A DNA stretch of 64,000 bases, from NCBI GenBank assembly GCA_963788655.1, contig CAWBHS010000090.1, positions 133,431 to 197,430 on the forward strand. The letters are read 5' to 3'. Below the pieces are notes generated by a model. The model was not told the origin of the DNA. It was given only the letters and a program-made list of their open reading frames with translations, and ran no database searches. Origin of the DNA: an uncultured Verrucomicrobiae bacterium (GTDB taxonomy: Bacteria > Verrucomicrobiota > Verrucomicrobiia > Limisphaerales > JAFGQR01). Both the position numbers and the translations under genes were made by a program. Shown here piece after piece: positions 63,255 through 64,000 of the stretch; within the stretch, counting starts at the first letter, position 1; each line of letters opens with the position of its first letter.

Positions 63255-63689
63255 ATGGCTGCGCAACCTGACACCATCCGCCTGTACACGATCACGGATC
63301 TCTCCGAGGAGCTCGGGGTGACGCCCCGGGCGATCCGGTTCTACGAGGCGAAGGGGCTTCTGCAGCCTCAGCGCCTGGGGCAGAACCGCGTCTACACGTA
63401 CCGTGATCGGGCCCGGCTCTTGATCATCCTCCGCGGGAAGCGGCTGGGGTTTTCCCTGGCCCGGGTCAAGGAGTTCCTGGACCTGTATGACGCGGACCCG
63501 ACGCAGCGGGAGCAGTGTCTCCATTTGCTGCGTGGTGTGCGGCAGCGGAAGGCGGAGCTGGAGCGCCAGCGCCGGGACCTGGAGCTCACGATGGCTGAGC
63601 TGTGCGAGGTCGAGCGGGAGACTCTCGAGGCCATGAAGGAACGAGGGTTCTCGCCTGAATTGCCGCCCGAGCCGGAGCCGGACCTCTGA
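63255..63689 (+). CDS. liuR: MerR-family regulator, LiuR-like
   Basis: YTITDLSEELGVTPRAIRFYE.KGLL.P.R.G.NRVY..RDRARL..ILRGKRLGFSL; upstream of a thiolase. Confidence 0.78.
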   Translation: MAAQPDTIRLYTITDLSEELGVTPRAIRFYEAKGLLQPQRLGQNRVYTYRDRARLLIILRGKRLGFSLARVKEFLDLYDADPTQREQCLHLLRGVRQRKAELERQRRDLELTMAELCEVERETLEAMKERGFSPELPPEPEPDL

Positions 63690-63858
63690 CGGCGCCTCTC
63701 CGGGGCTCGTCCCCTCCTGTCCCCCTGCGGGGCCCGCTCGCTCTGACTGAGAGCGAGCCGCGGCCCCGGGGCGGCGGGACGGACGAGGCCGAGCGGAGAG
63801 GCCACCCAGAGGGCCGGCCGGGCGAGAGTGGAACCCCATCTGACGGAGGTAAGACGCC

Positions 63859-64000
63859 ATGAAGAACGTCGTCATCGCCGGCTATGTCCGGTCCCCTTTC
63901 ACTCTCGCGAAGAAGGGCGATCTCGCCAAGGTCCGCCCGGATGAGCTCGCCGCCCAGACGGTGCGCGGGCTGCTCGATGCCACCGGGGTGGACCCGGCGG
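63859..64000 (+). CDS. Thiolase (acetyl-CoA C-acyltransferase), 3'-partial
   Basis: GGAGG RBS; VVIAGYVRSPFTLAKKGDLAKVRPDELAA. Confidence 0.85.
   Translation, partial: MKNVVIAGYVRSPFTLAKKGDLAKVRPDELAAQTVRGLLDATGVDPA

Overview
Bacterial DNA made of two compositionally different halves joined abruptly at about 44,460. The left half (1-44.4 kb) looks gammaproteobacterial with moderately high GC. It carries housekeeping and accessory genes (persulfide dioxygenase, PBP7, osmoprotectant ABC transporter, CheB/CheR hybrid kinase, YbiT, Tat-exported superoxide reductase-like protein, BON-MscS), then a hypervariable toxin-antitoxin/restriction region (VapBC, MNT/HEPN, HipBA, Fic, four NucS-like nucleases, Mrr, HsdR) scattered with GTAG-type REPs. 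Several genes there are cut next to short GGGGTCGG..ACA inverted repeats or CGTGGTCTGTCCC motifs, which suggests site-directed cassette swapping. The right half is very GC-rich. It contains a lower-GC island (about 45.5-53.9 kb) with a STAND-like ATPase and a tightly coupled six-gene operon: P-loop kinase, pol-beta nucleotidyltransferase, viperin-like radical SAM, HAD phosphatase fused to a Pycsar-like membrane effector, GrpB nucleotidyltransferase and a PLD-like/ParB-Srx protein. This operon is the best candidate for an undescribed nucleotide-based defence or signalling system. It is followed by 9.3 kb of duplicated, decaying toxin-antitoxin and SEC-C genes bracketed by a 305-bp repeat of a LiuR-like merR gene start. 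Many single-base frameshifts look like sequencing or assembly errors. All family assignments come from motif recognition by eye; no searches were run.
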